This document shows, in pieces, positions 13,204 to 25,484 of a stretch of 64,000 bases of DNA (the stretch's first letter is position 1; every line of letters begins with the position of its first letter). The DNA is from the human T2T-CHM13v2.0 reference genome, Homo sapiens: NCBI RefSeq assembly GCF_009914755.1, contig NC_060948.1; one strand, 5' to 3'. The position numbers and the translations under genes were made by a program. The notes beneath the pieces are model-generated. The model did no database searches and was not told where the DNA came from. It saw nothing but the letters and a program-made list of their open reading frames with translations.

Positions 13204-15135
13204 GATACACATTGTGCTTTCTGAATGCACAATGTGTATCCATAATATAGTGTGACAATGCACCTGTATGCATGTGTATTATTTATGCCTTTCAACTGTA
13301 TTAAAGATTAGCTCCATCCCAAATACCATTCATTGAGATTTCTCCCTTGGTACCTCCAAAACAGAGGCTGACTAGGGTTTTATTTTTTCACATTCATGTT
13401 TTACAAAAATATTCAAAAAGTAATTGGAAGGAAAAGCAGAGAAATAGAAAATATATCATTTAGTTTCTAATCATTGATTAACTGAACTGACCTTACTTTA
13501 CTAATGTTTACCCTAAGTTGAATCAATGGAACTTATGTACACTTTTTCAAATCCTTCTGCTATACGGAAACCAAACTTGGAGTTAAGAAATCTTCAAAAT
13601 ATAACATCAAAGAGTTCTAAATGTGAGCTTTTAAAAATAATTTTCTCGAGAGATGTTTCAACACTGTTAACTTCTCGAAGGTGCCTGAGACTCAATATTT
13701 TAGGACATTTAGCAGCATTTCTAACCTCTCAGCAATAGATGCTAGTAACAACCTTACCAATTCTACTTTGAGTCACAAACCAGGGTTAGGGTGAAGTCTA
13801 AAGTAAAATCTGAAGACCTATAAAAACCCTAGAAAATCACATGGACTGTCTGTTACCTCTATGAGCTCATCCTCTATAATTTTCCCCCTTCTACAGCCTG
13901 CTGCAGCCACAGGTAGCTGGCTTTTTAAAAACAATTTATACAGCCTTCCACCAGGAATCATTGTACTTATTGAACTTGCTGCATGCTTACATTATTTTCT
14001 TATTATTTTCTTTAGATAATTATTTGAAAGTCACTTTGTAAGCCACTTATTGTATGTTTGTTTTACAAAAACCAAAATGTACTTTATAACAGAGAATCTT
14101 ACCTCATGCATTTTATACAAAATTGATAATTTCACTTAATAAAAAAACAAAAACTTTATAACATGACCACTAAAACAAAAACCTAACACCTGGGATTGCA
14201 AATTGGAAATGTAACATTCACTTTAAGTATTTTAAACAAGAGACAAAACATAAACCTCATAAATAACAATAAACTCTGAAATTAGAAAACACTCAGTGCT
14301 TCATAGATAAAAATAAAAGTAAAACGGCAGGGATGGCAGTTTCAAACCATTCCAAAAAAAAAAAAAAAAGTTTCAAACCATCAAAAACAGTCTGGACCCT
14401 GAAAATCAATAGTTTATATAAACCAAGTAAACATTTAATCCAGAAAGACAATTACAAAATGGTAAAGTTTTTTTTTTTTTCTTTAAGGATTGTCATATCA
14501 CCTCCTAGGCACATATGAAGCCTTCAGAATTGAAATCCACATTGTCAAAATGAGGACCTGATTCCTGCTTCTCAAAAAAGGAAAGAAACCCTTATGTGCT
14601 AAATTACTGTGTTTTTTTTTCCAGTCTTTCCAGAGGACATATGAAAATTTGATAAAATAAACATTTATTTCTCCTTTGCCTAACTCAGAAGTCACTCTTG
14701 GTTGGAAATGCCAGGAATTGGTCACAAACATTTAAGTTGCTGAATACAAAAAATACAGTTATCTTTTACACTAGGCAAAGGATAAACAGGAGCAAAAGTT
14801 GGAGAGATTTGTATTTGCAAAAATCTGAATATTCAAAAGCAGTTTAATACATTGAAGCACTTAGAAAATCATGCATATGCTTATGACAGGAACATTCTAA
14901 AAAACATGTAAAACAATATACTTTAACCCTCAAGTTTATCTATAGCTTCAGAGTCAGAAGAAAGTGAATGTTAGGAAAGAATTAGAAACAACCCCCCTGA
15001 GAGTTAAAGGAGAGTGTTAATACATACCCTGTATTTAAAGGTGATAGTTTTCATATTGCTCTTATTCAAAGTGCTAATGGAATGTAAGCTGAGCTTTTAA
15101 TAACTAACACGTTGCATTTCAGAAATACCAAAAAG

Positions 15136-15215
15136 CATTCAGAGTTAGCACGTTATGACATTTCAAATACAGAGGTAACATTCAGTGTTAGCACATTATG
15201 GCATTTCAAATATAG
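15136..15215. repeat. ~43-bp tandem duplication
   Basis: CATTCAG(A/T)GTTAGCAC(G/A)TTATG(A/G)CATTTCAAATA occurs twice. Confidence 0.8.
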
Positions 15216-17019
15216 TTTTCTGAAAACCAAAAACACAAAAACAAACAGAAAGTTTTGAACAATGTAAACTAAATGCAGGAATTAAATGTGTCCCAAATTT
15301 TATAGACAAAGAACTTAAAACAACAGTTTTAAGTAGGGCTAAAGAGAAATGACGGACAAATGATGAAAGAATAACCTGAGAGCGTCAGTGAGACAAATTA
15401 TAAAAGAACCCATAAAAATGGGAAAACTACTGAAGATATTAAAGGGATTTAACAGTAGATTTAAGCAAGTAAATATTCAGTCAGTCTGAAGGAATAAAAA
15501 CTGAAATAACCCAGTCTGAGAAGTACAATTTAAAGAAAGTGAAAAAAAAAAAAAAACTGAAGAGTAAATAGAACACCATGCGTTATACTGGTACATGCAT
15601 TATGAGCATCTTATAAATGAAGAAAAACAGAGGCCAAAAATTTTTAAGGCAAAAATGACTAAACATTTCCTGAACTTAAAAATCACAATCTGAAAGATGA
15701 AAGAGGACAAAAATCTTCAACCACAATATAGTCAATGATAGCCACATCAGAAAACATTACAGGCAATCAAGAGCCAATACAAAGAAAATTGTAAAAGCAG
15801 AAAGGGAATAGCAACTTTCTATGTACAAGAAGGTCTCGATTAAAATTAACACATGATTGTTCAGCTGAATCCATGGAGTCAGAAGGTGGTGGGATATCCA
15901 AGTTTTAAGAAAAATGCTATCAAACCTGAAATATATAACTGGTAAAATGAAACTAAGAAAACATATATAGATAAGGAAAAGCTAAAGGAAATTGTGACTT
16001 AAACTTCTCTATAACAAAATGCTATTGCTCTTTCAACCCTGGCAAACTTAACTGCTAATGAACAATCTGTGTGCACAGATAAAATCAGAGAAAGTAATAT
16101 AAATTGAGAAGGATGGAAAACTACAAGAGCAGCATATTTTTATACTGCTGACCTTAAACATTAAATTATTCATACAAGTTAGTATTCTTCATAGTAGGAT
16201 ATTTTAAGTTTTCAATAATAGTTGAAATCCCAAGTACACCTAATTGTAATATGAAAAATACAACAGCAGTTTTTAAAAATTATCCAGATTTTTTAAATGA
16301 GCAAAAAAGAAATTGAGGATCAAGCAAGAGAAAGAGCATATGGAAAACATGTAAGTCCATGTCAGAGTATGTAATATTTTACTTGTAAGAACTGTAAATG
16401 TGAGCTCTTGCTTAAAAAGGCACACATTGTTGCAAGTGTACCCTTAAACGAAGGAGTCACTTTTGTGACTTCTATGCAAGGCATACTTTAGGTGCAAAGA
16501 CAAATAGGTCGAAGTAAAATAATACTAGATTCTGGGAAAGTTCTGCAATGTACAAGGGATCACTGTATATCCGTCCCTTCAACTATACAATGGGTGCAGT
16601 GGCAGGATTAGTATGATGCAATTACTATAGAATTCCGAGTCTACCTGAAGGTTTACAGCTTCCAAAAAAAGATTTTATCAATTTTGTAGCACAGATCAAC
16701 AGCAGCTACTTATTCCTTAATAACCACCAATGTGGGATGCTGCTTTGCAAATATTTCTGGAGCAGCTTACAAGAGCCATGGCAAACAAAAAGGACCCTGT
16801 CCTCCAAATCTCAGGGGGACTCATTTGCCGATTGCTGCTTCTGCTTATGGAGGTCCCGACAGAGGTGAATCGTCATTGTTATATTCCCCAAATATTATGC
16901 AGGCTCTTTGTCCCTCTGTGCAACCAACTTTCAGTAGATTTAAAAAGCGAAAATATTTTTTCTTGATTGTTCTTCTTTTTCTCTTAAGATGTTTGTAGAC
17001 TAAAACATTCAAAATTAAT

Positions 17020-17024
<5 letters not shown>

Positions 17025-17070
<46 letters not shown>
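17025..17070. repeat. (CA)n(TA)n microsatellite
   Basis: Direct reading of the sequence. Confidence 0.95.
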
Positions 17071-17071
<1 letters not shown>

Positions 17072-17287
17072 ATGAATTGTGGTTTTAACGATATGTGCCC
17101 CAAAACAATGGGCCTCAAAAGAGACCCAAGACAAAGCTCAATACAGCTGATTTACAGGAGAGTAAGAGCCTATATAATGAGTAAACAAAACTCTACCAAA
17201 CCATAGAAGTAGAAAATCTTATGTTCAAAGTTACAGCACTTTAAAATTTAAATGCTCTTTTTCAGCACCAGCAAAATCACAAACTAC

Positions 17288-17742
17288 AGAGTGAAATAGA
17301 GAAGTATGGCTCATTTTAATAACAACTACAAAATAATTACGAAAAAATAAGCTTTTTTTTGACAGCCCAAATGGCAGCCTTACTAAAATATAATATTTAC
17401 AATTAAGCTACATAATAAGCTAATAGAATGAACAAAAGAAGCACAAACAATTACAGACAAAAATTATTAATCAAAAGAGTAAAATTATTTTAAAACCTAA
17501 AAAAGTCTAGAGATAAACCACACAGTGAAACAGAGAAGTATGGCTCATTTTAAGACGTAAAAAAAAATTATGGTCTGAAACTTTTTTTAGACAGCCCAAA
17601 TGGTGGTCTTACAGAAACATAATATTTAAAATTAAGTTTCAGAGTAAGCTAATAGAAGAAAAAAAAGAACCACAAAAAATTATGAACAAAAATTAATAAA
17701 AAAGTAAAACTATTTTGAAACCTAAAAAAGTCTAGGGATAAA
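17288..17742. repeat. ~230-bp diverged tandem duplication in L1M sequence
   Basis: AGTGAAA.AGAGAAGTATGGCTCATTTTAA ... GACAGCCCAAATGG ... AAACCTAAAAAAGTCTAG.GATAAA at 17288-17517 and again at 17522-17742. Confidence 0.85.
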
Positions 17743-18699
17743 AAGAAAAAAATATTCACTACAGATATTTAAAAGCAGACTTGAGCTGGGGGAAGAACAA
17801 ACTATCAGCAAACCAAAGAAAGGGTGTTGACATAATTAAGTTAGGAAATGAAAGAAAAAGTATAAAGCAATGGGAATAAAGCCTAAAATGTCGTGGAACA
17901 CTATCAAGCAGACATATTACGCATACTGGAAGTTCAAAGGATGAGAAAAAGAATCAGGAAGACTATTTAGAAACAATAATGTTAAAGAATGTCAAAGGCA
18001 ACAAACTCCAAGTAAGAGAAACTCAAATAAACAAACTTAAATTATATGATAATTAAACTCATCAAAAGAAAGACAGAGAAAATCCTGAAAGCAACAAAAG
18101 AAGTGGCTAGTTATGTTACTGGCTAGTAACCCTCAAAAATAATCAGCAGATACCTTATCTGAAAACTCAGAGGACAGAAAGCAATAGATTAACATATTCC
18201 AAATGATGTGAGAAAAAACTTTTGAACAGAAATCTTATGTTCAAAACATTGTCCCTTATAAGTGAGGGAGAAATTATGACATTTCCAGATAAAAGCTGGG
18301 ACATTTTACCAGTAGACTATCTTTTTAAAAAATGCCTTATGGGATACTTCATGGTAAAATGAACAGATAATAAGGAGCAGTATGAATGGATATATATTAA
18401 GGTAAAGATAAATATATAAGCTATTATAAAACATAAAGAATAACAGTGTACACCTCCACAATGTGTTTCCCATGCAATTTAAAACACAAATATATTTAAT
18501 AAAAATACTATCACTAAGTTGCGTTTTTGACATACAGTGCATAAAGGTATGATTTTGAGAACTCAATAAGGAAATCATGGGGGTGCAGTTATACAGGGTT
18601 AAGGGATTTGTGTGTTATTGAAAGTCAGCTAGTATAACTTTAAAAGTGGAATACCTTTAGAATATTCAATGTAATCACAGTATCAATGACAATTAAAAA

Positions 18700-20657
18700 A
18701 GAAAAAGAGTAACAGACAGGTAGAAAGCTTTCTGTACTACACCAGAGAGTAAGAGATGTGGATTTAGCTACTCTCACTTGAGGCTACTAAGCCAGCTATC
18801 ATGCACCATGAGACAAAGCCCAAGCTGTCCCACCAGGGCATAATTGTGGAGAGCCTAAAGCCCATAGCATAGCTGCTATTTCAAACAATTTTCACTACGT
18901 CAGTGGTGATGAAATAGAATAGGCTCATCCATACGCAGAACCTGGTAAAGAACTGGAGGCAGAAAGAAGTGGCTATGTGGAGATGCAAATGAAACAAATT
19001 TGGCACAGCAACTACTTCAATCCTGTGTCTTTCTTCCTGGCTTTCCAGGAGTTTGAGGTTGAAACTATTGTTGACAAAAGACGAGACAAAAATGGAAAGA
19101 CAGAGGCCAGGCACAGTGGCTCATGCCTGTAATCCCAGCACTTTGCAAGGCTGAGGCGGGCAGATTACGAGTTCAGGAGATGGAGACCATTCTGGCTAAT
19201 ACAGTGAAAACCTCTTTCTACTAAAAATCATAAAGTTAGCCAGGCGTGGTGGCAGGCCCCTCTAATCTCAGCTACCCGGGAGGCTGAGGCAGGAGAATCG
19301 CATGAACCCAGGAGGTGGAGGTTGCAGTGAGCCGAGATTGTGCAATTGTGCCACTGTACTCCTGCCTGGGTGATAGCTCAAGACTTTGTCTAAAAAAAAA
19401 AACAAAACAAAACAACAACAACAACAACAAAAATTTTTGGTGTTGCAAAGGTTAAGAAGAAACGGTATGACACTTGGGAACCAGAGCAGCACCGGTCAAA
19501 AATATATATATTACTTTAACAGATGACAGACTGAAAAACAGAAAAAGTAAAAAAGTGGCATGGACCAGAACAACTAGAACTTTTTCAAACAATACCAGAA
19601 GATGAACTTCTACATCTACCAAGCCCAACTTTTCTAAGAATACTCCTAAAACGCTAGTGTCTGGCCAACACCACAAATTCAAAAGCAGCCAGTTATGTTC
19701 TGCCAGCCAGAATGTTAGCAGTAATCCAGGGTCACCTCTGTCCGACCCAAAGAATATGGAGCTACTGTGTTCAACTATCAAGAAAGACACTTGCCCCTTA
19801 CAACCCTTTTAACAACAAGAACACAGTGAGTGGCATTCAGGAACTCTAGAATCTGGACCCTATTGCAGCAGATCAGCAGGATACAGTGGTCTTCAAGGAG
19901 GAGGAAGGGAAGATCATCAGGGCTTTATCAGATCCCAGGGCAGGACATTGTGGAATAGAGAGCAAGACCCAGATTCACCCACTATTTTCTCAGAGGTCTG
20001 GCTCAGTTACGGCTTCCATGGCTGCAGACTCAGCTACCAAAAAAGGTATAGTGGTATTAATGGGCCAATCGGCAGCCAATGGAAAAACAGATGTGCATAC
20101 ATTAGTTGCAAGAGTGAAAGTTGGGCAAAGAAATGTTACTGACGGTGGCAGAGACCAGCTTTTTATCCAGAAGATGTACCTCATCATAGGCCTAGCAGAA
20201 AGTGCCAGCACATACAGAGATATTGCAGTGAAGAAAGAGGACAGATTCACCCAGATGTGCCTATAAACTAGATCAACATAAAAAATGTACTGAATATAGA
20301 AGTAATTAAAGCAATGGTTAATGCTCTGAATAGGGCTGCTGTGGGTGGCAGCAAGCTTGTGCTGTTCAGTGCAGCTGGAAGTGTCTTTTGCTGTGGTCTC
20401 GATTTGGGGTACTTTCTGAAGTATTTAAGGAAGGACAGAAACAGAACAAGCCTTGAGATGGTGAACACCATCAAGAACTTTGTGAATACTTTCAATCAAT
20501 TTTAAAAGCCTGTTTTTGTATCAGTCAGTGGCCCATCCTTCGGAATAGGTGCATCCACACTGCCTCTTTGTGATTTCTTCTGAGCTAATGAAAAGCCTTG
20601 GTTTCAAACCCCTTATATGACATCTGGACAGAGTCCAGATGGCTGTTGTGTTACTTT
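18700..20657 (+). pseudogene. CDY-family pseudogene (5' UTR plus ~80% of CDS)
   Basis: Colinear with CDY1 22500-24130. ATG is replaced by CTG at 19037, an Alu interrupts the chromodomain, there are in-frame stops and frameshifts, and it is truncated after GQSPDGC by an LTR. ORF fragments 19886-20266 and 20314-20505 match CDY1. Confidence 0.95.
19105..19432 (+). mobile_element. Alu (S/Y type) inserted in the CDY pseudogene chromodomain
   Basis: GGCCAGGCACAGTGGCTCA start, dimeric body and A/(AAC)n tail. CDY homology resumes right after it. Confidence 0.95.
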
Positions 20658-20659
20658 AG

Positions 20660-21290
20660 TTCCTACTTGAACTTTGCATCATCCAGCCTCCTTAATTATT
20701 GTGGCCATGAGACATTACTTCATCCCTTGATTGATCCCAGGCCAAGGTCTCAGGCCAAGCTGTCACTTCAGCTCCTTCTTGGTCCAGGGCCAAGTTCCAA
20801 GGCTGAGCCTTGTAGCTTCTACAAATCATCACTTCAGCTCCAGATGAATCCAAGGCCAAGTTTCAGGGCCAAGCCAAATGACACCTACTCCAAGAACACT
20901 AACCACATTTCTTTACTTCTCTGTCCTTAGAAACTGTAAAGCACAGCCTCATAGTAGGTAAACCACTCACATTCCACCCCCACTGTGAAGAGTTTTTTAC
21001 TTTCACTTATAAAAGTTTTGATTCAACCTTTTTGCATCCATCCTCCTTAATTTTCTTGGCCATGAGACAAAGAACTCTGTGTGATATCTCACAATTAGAG
21101 TTTTCTAGGTCGTAGTGCACTAATGAGACTGCAATGATTGAAGTCTGGGAATTGAGCTCTGGGATGCATCAGCCTTGCGAGACCAACTGACACACTGTCC
21201 CCACACTGTGATACACACCCTTCGGGTCAGTCAACCATATAGTGGTCACCAATGGAGTCTGAAAAGGGGCAAGGCAGATTTATACAGCCT
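20660..21290 (+). mobile_element. Class I ERV LTR 3' part joined to an antisense gag fragment
   Basis: CCAGGCCAAGGT motifs and an LTR end (GAGACTGCAA at ~21135) shared with the LTRs at 27 and 44 kb. 21135-21290 resembles the reverse complement of the gag end at 41040-41180. Confidence 0.75.
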
Positions 21291-21294
21291 AGAA

Positions 21295-22500
21295 ACCTGA
21301 GGGACACCATCAAGCAGCCATACATATGCATTTTGGAAGTTCCAAGGAAGAGACAAAAACTCATGGATACTATTTAACAACATAGTCATAAAGAATGCAA
21401 CAATTTAAGACAATAAGTAAGCACCCAAGGAGCTCAACAGACTCCAAGTAACAAAAACTCAAAGAAACAAACTCAAACTTACCTGATAATTAAACTGTCT
21501 AAAATAAATACAAAGAGAACCTTGAGGATTTTCAAGGGAAGCAGGGGAAGTAGCTAGTCATGTAAAAGGGACCCTAAAAATAACCAGTGGATCACTTATC
21601 TGAATAACCACCGAAAAGCAGTAGATTTCTTATCTGAAAACTGAGATAGAAAGCAGTAGCCTCATATATTCCAAGTGATGTCAGAAAAAACTGTCAAGCC
21701 TAAACATTATGATCCACCAAACTGTCCATCAAAGGTGAGGGACAAATTATGACATTCCCATATAAAAACTGGCACCTTTTACAAGTAGACTACCCTTTAA
21801 GAAATGTCTTATGGAGTACTTCAGGGTAGAATGGACAGATACTCAAAAGCAGTATGAACAAACAAAGATTAAGGTAAAGATAAATACATGAACAAATATG
21901 TAAGATAAAAAATTTGGCTGGGCTCAGTGGCTCACACCTGTAATCCCAGCATTTTGGGAGGCTGAGGTGCTTGGATCACGAGGTCAGGAGATCGAGACAA
22001 TCCTGGCTAACATGGTGAAACCCCGTCTCTACTAAAAATACAACAAATTCGTAGGGCCAGGTGGCAGGTGCCTGTAGTCTCAGCTACTCGGGAGGCTGAG
22101 ACAGGAGAATGGCATGAATCCGGGAGGTGGAGCTTGTAGTGAGCCAAGATCTCACTACTGCACTCCAGCCTCATTGACAGGGCGAGACTCCATCTCAAAA
22201 CAAAACAAAACAAAACAAAACAAAACGAACAATTAACAATGTGCACCTCCACAATTTGTTCTCCACATAACTTAAAACACAAATATATTTAATAAAAAAA
22301 CTACCACTAATTTGTGTTTTTGACATAAAATCAATAAAGGTATAATTTTGAGAACTCAGTAAGTGAAATAATGGAGGTACATTATACAGGAGTAAAGGCT
22401 TTGTATGTTACTGAAGGTAAGCTAGTGTAACTTTAAAAATGTTATAACATTAGAATGTTCCATATAATCGTCATAGCAACCACAATTAAACAAAGAAACA
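21295..22500 (+). mobile_element. L1M fragment upstream of CDY1, paralogous to 17890-18700
   Basis: Colinear similarity with the flank of the pseudogene, interrupted by an Alu. Confidence 0.75.
21917..22228 (+). mobile_element. AluY-like element
   Basis: GGATCACGAGGTCAGGAGATCGAGAC.ATCCTGGCTAAC and GGAGCTTG.AGTGAG diagnostics, with a (CAAAA)n tail. Confidence 0.93.
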
Positions 22501-22835
22501 CAAAAGAGTAACAGGCAGGAAGAAAGCTTTCTGTACTACACCAGAGGGTTGGGGCTGTGGATTTAGCTACTCTCACCTGAGGCTACTGAGCAAGTTGTCA
22601 TGCACCATGAGACAAAGCCCAAGCTGTCCCACCAGGCAGTAAGTATGGAGAGGTTCAGGCACATGGCATAGCTGCTATTTCGCACAATTTTCACTACACC
22701 AGTGGTGACAAAATAGAAGAGGTTCATCCATACACAGAACCTGGTGAAGAGCTGGAGGCAGAAAGAAGTGTCTATGTGGAGACGCAACTGAAACAAAGGT
22801 GGCACAGCAACTGTTCCAATCCCGTGTCTTTCCTC

Positions 22836-24458
22836 ATGGCTTCCCAGGAGTTTGAGGTTGAAGCTATTGTTGACAAAAGACAGGATAAAAATGGGAATAC
22901 ACAGTATTTGGTTCGGTGGAAAGGTTATGACAAACAGGATGACACTTGGGAACCAGAGCAGCACCTCATGAACTGTGAAAAATGTGTACATGATTTTAAT
23001 AGACGACAGACTGAAAAACAGAAAAAACTGACATGGACTACAACCAGTAGAATTTTTTCAAACAATGCCAGAAGAAGAACTTCCAGATCTACAAAAGCAA
23101 ACTATTCTAAGAACTCTCCTAAAACGCCAGTGACTGATAAACACCACAGGTCCAAAAACCGCAAGTTATTTGCTGCCAGCAAGAACGTTAGGAGAAAGGC
23201 AGCTTCAATTCTCTCCGACACAAAGAATATGGAGATAATAAATTCAACTATTGAGACCCTTGCACCTGACAGCCCCTTTGACCACAAAACTGTGAGTGGC
23301 TTTCAGAAACTTGAGAAACTGGACCCTATTGCAGCAGATCAGCAGGACACGGTGGTCTTCAAGGTGACAGAAGGGAAACTCCTCCGGGACCCTTTGTCAC
23401 GTCCTGGTGCAGAACAGACTGGAATACAGAACAAGACTCAGATACACCCACTAATGTCGCAGATGTCTGGCTCAGTTACTGCTTCTATGGCCACAGGTTC
23501 AGCTACCCGAAAGGGTATAGTGGTATTAATAGACCCATTAGCAGCCAATGGGACAACAGACATGCATACCTCAGTTCCAAGAGTGAAAGGTGGGCAAAGA
23601 AATATTACTGATGACAGCAGAGACCAGCCTTTTATCAAGAAGATGCACTTCACCATAAGGCTAACAGAAAGTGCCAGCACATACAGAGACATTGTAGTGA
23701 AGAAAGAGGATGGATTCACCCAGATAGTGCTATCAACTAGATCGACAGAAAAAAATGCACTGAATACAGAAGTAATTAAAGAAATAGTTAATGCTCTGAA
23801 TAGCGCTGCTGCAGATGACAGCAAGCTCGTGCTGTTCAGTGCAGCTGGAAGTGTCTTTTGCTGCGGTCTTGATTTTGGGTACTTTGTGAAGCACTTAAGG
23901 AATAACAGAAACACAGCAAGCCTTGAAATGGTGGACACCATCAAGAACTTTGTGAATACTTTTATTCAATTTAAAAAGCCTATTGTTGTATCAGTCAATG
24001 GCCCTGCGATTGGACTAGGTGCATCCATCCTGCCTCTTTGTGATCTCGTGTGGGCTAATGAAAAGGCTTGGTTCCAAACCCCTTATACGACCTTTGGACA
24101 GAGTCCAGATGGCTGTTCTTCTATTACATTCCCCAAAATGATGGGTAAAGCATCTGCCAATGAAATGTTAATTGCTGGGCGAAAGCTGACAGCAAGGGAG
24201 GCATGCGCCAAAGGCCTGGTCTCTCAGGTATTTTTGACTGGAACTTTCACCCAAGAGGTTATGATTCAAATTAAGGAGCTTGCCTCATACAATCCAATTG
24301 TACTGGAAGAATGTAAGGCCCTCGTTCGCTGTAATATTAAGTTGGAGTTGGAACAGGCCAATGAGAGAGAGTGTGAGGTGCTGAGGAAGATCTGGAGCTC
24401 AGCCCAAGGGATAGAATCCATGTTAAAGTATGTTGAAAATAAAATTGATGAGTTTTAA
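22836..24458 (+). CDS. CDY1: Chromodomain Y protein 1, 540-aa unspliced isoform (N-terminal chromodomain, C-terminal crotonase/enoyl-CoA hydratase-like domain); CDY1 or its near-identical copy CDY1B
   Basis: Intact intronless [34 protein letters not shown]...[13 protein letters not shown] with ATG at 22836 in the context CTCATGG. The 540-aa length and FDHKTVSG (single K) fit CDY1 rather than 541-aa CDY2, from recall. Confidence 0.97.
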   Translation: MASQEFEVEAIVDKRQDKNGNTQYLVRWKGYDKQDDTWEPEQHLMNCEKCVHDFNRRQTEKQKKLTWTTTSRIFSNNARRRTSRSTKANYSKNSPKTPVTDKHHRSKNRKLFAASKNVRRKAASILSDTKNMEIINSTIETLAPDSPFDHKTVSGFQKLEKLDPIAADQQDTVVFKVTEGKLLRDPLSRPGAEQTGIQNKTQIHPLMSQMSGSVTASMATGSATRKGIVVLIDPLAANGTTDMHTSVPRVKGGQRNITDDSRDQPFIKKMHFTIRLTESASTYRDIVVKKEDGFTQIVLSTRSTEKNALNTEVIKEIVNALNSAAADDSKLVLFSAAGSVFCCGLDFGYFVKHLRNNRNTASLEMVDTIKNFVNTFIQFKKPIVVSVNGPAIGLGASILPLCDLVWANEKAWFQTPYTTFGQSPDGCSSITFPKMMGKASANEMLIAGRKLTAREACAKGLVSQVFLTGTFTQEVMIQIKELASYNPIVLEECKALVRCNIKLELEQANERECEVLRKIWSSAQGIESMLKYVENKIDEF

Positions 24459-24847
24459 TTGTCAGTCTGTCTGCTCAGGACACAAGAACTAAGGGGCAAC
24501 AAATGCATCATGAGTTGCAAGATGCCCTAATCCATCTTCATAGCCCAAAACAATTTCACCCATAGCTAAGGCTTGGAAACAGAACTGGAAATGTCCAAGC
24601 TATGTATTTAAATTATCACATCATTTTTAAGCACTGTAGCTTTACAAGGAGTAACAAAACAGCCTCTTTGCCCAAATGTGATTATTTTATGCACACCTAA
24701 GCCCAAATATAAAAACAGACTCTTCTTGCAAGCTCTAATATGTATCTATGGCTACTACTATATATAAGACCAGAGTTGTGTTTTATTAGATGTTTGTGAC
24801 AGAGAATCCTGTAATAATGTTGATTTTTTCTTATTTTTATATCCTAG

Positions 24848-24920
24848 AATACCTCTGTTGGGATATAAAGCAGCCTTCCCTCCCAGAAAGACACAGAATG
24901 ATCAGAGATGGTGCCCTTGA
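24848..24920 (+). CDS. CDY1: CDY1 spliced isoform terminal coding exon (join 22836..24427,24848..24920; 554 aa)
   Basis: Donor AA|GTATGT at 24428 and acceptor TTATTTTTATATCCTAG| at 24847. The join gives ...SMLK-IPLLGYKAAFPPRKTQNDQRWCP*, which matches the known minor isoform as I recall it. Confidence 0.88.
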
Positions 24921-25484
24921 CTTTATAGTGGCACAAACGCTTCAGAGACACACAATTATAAGAGACTTATCTTTTAGCATAAATACTTATGGCTCAAAAT
25001 CCACTGACGATCATTCTCCTAAACTGAACACATGACTAGAATTGGTGGTGAGATATCGCTTGATTTTCTTTTCCTTTATAAATGTCTAGTTCTTACCCAG
25101 TTAACAAAAGAAAACTTTATCGCTCTAAAGTAAAACTTGTTACACCACATTAGTGAATTATGGAATGATTTTGGTGGAAATATCCAGGTTCTAATGTGTG
25201 GAATGTGCAGATTTAGGTTACTTTAGTGTATGTTCTAGTTAATAAGTTAAAATTCTGGACACATTATTAAAGGCAGAAACTTCTTTCAAAGCAAACACCG
25301 CTACACTTTGTATGACCTTTACAATTATCAGTGTCTCTTTTTATGAGCACACAATTTTCTAGAACACTGTATGTGCTCAGTTATGCAAAAGCTCTATGAA
25401 TCCTGTCTTGTTGGTTTTTATCGAGGCTCCATTACATAGACATAATTGAATAATCCACTGGCCACTGGTGATGAATGTCATCTT

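Larger units (their letters stand above)
14150..18700 (+). mobile_element. Old L1M-type fragments (5'/ORF1/EN-like, heavily decayed)
   Basis: A-rich sequence with L1M ORF1-like motifs such as GGAACACTATCAAGCAGAC and GTGAGGGAGAAATTATGACATTTCCAGATAA. Subfamily and boundaries are uncertain. Confidence 0.6.

Noticed and set aside
19886-20505. Second functional CDY gene
   Set aside because: It has lost the ATG, has an Alu in the chromodomain, carries stops and is 3' truncated.
22776-22835. 20-aa N-terminal extension of CDY1 in the ORF track (560 aa)
   Set aside because: It starts at GTG. The first in-frame ATG at 22836 gives the recognised 540-aa protein.
22563-23944. Antisense ORFs over CDY1 (142, 61 and 168 aa) and over the pseudogene
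   Set aside because: Shadow frames of the sense gene with no recognisable domain.
24790-25035. 81-aa ORF downstream of CDY1
   Set aside because: It lies in 3' UTR sequence and in a different frame from the real spliced exon (24848-24920).
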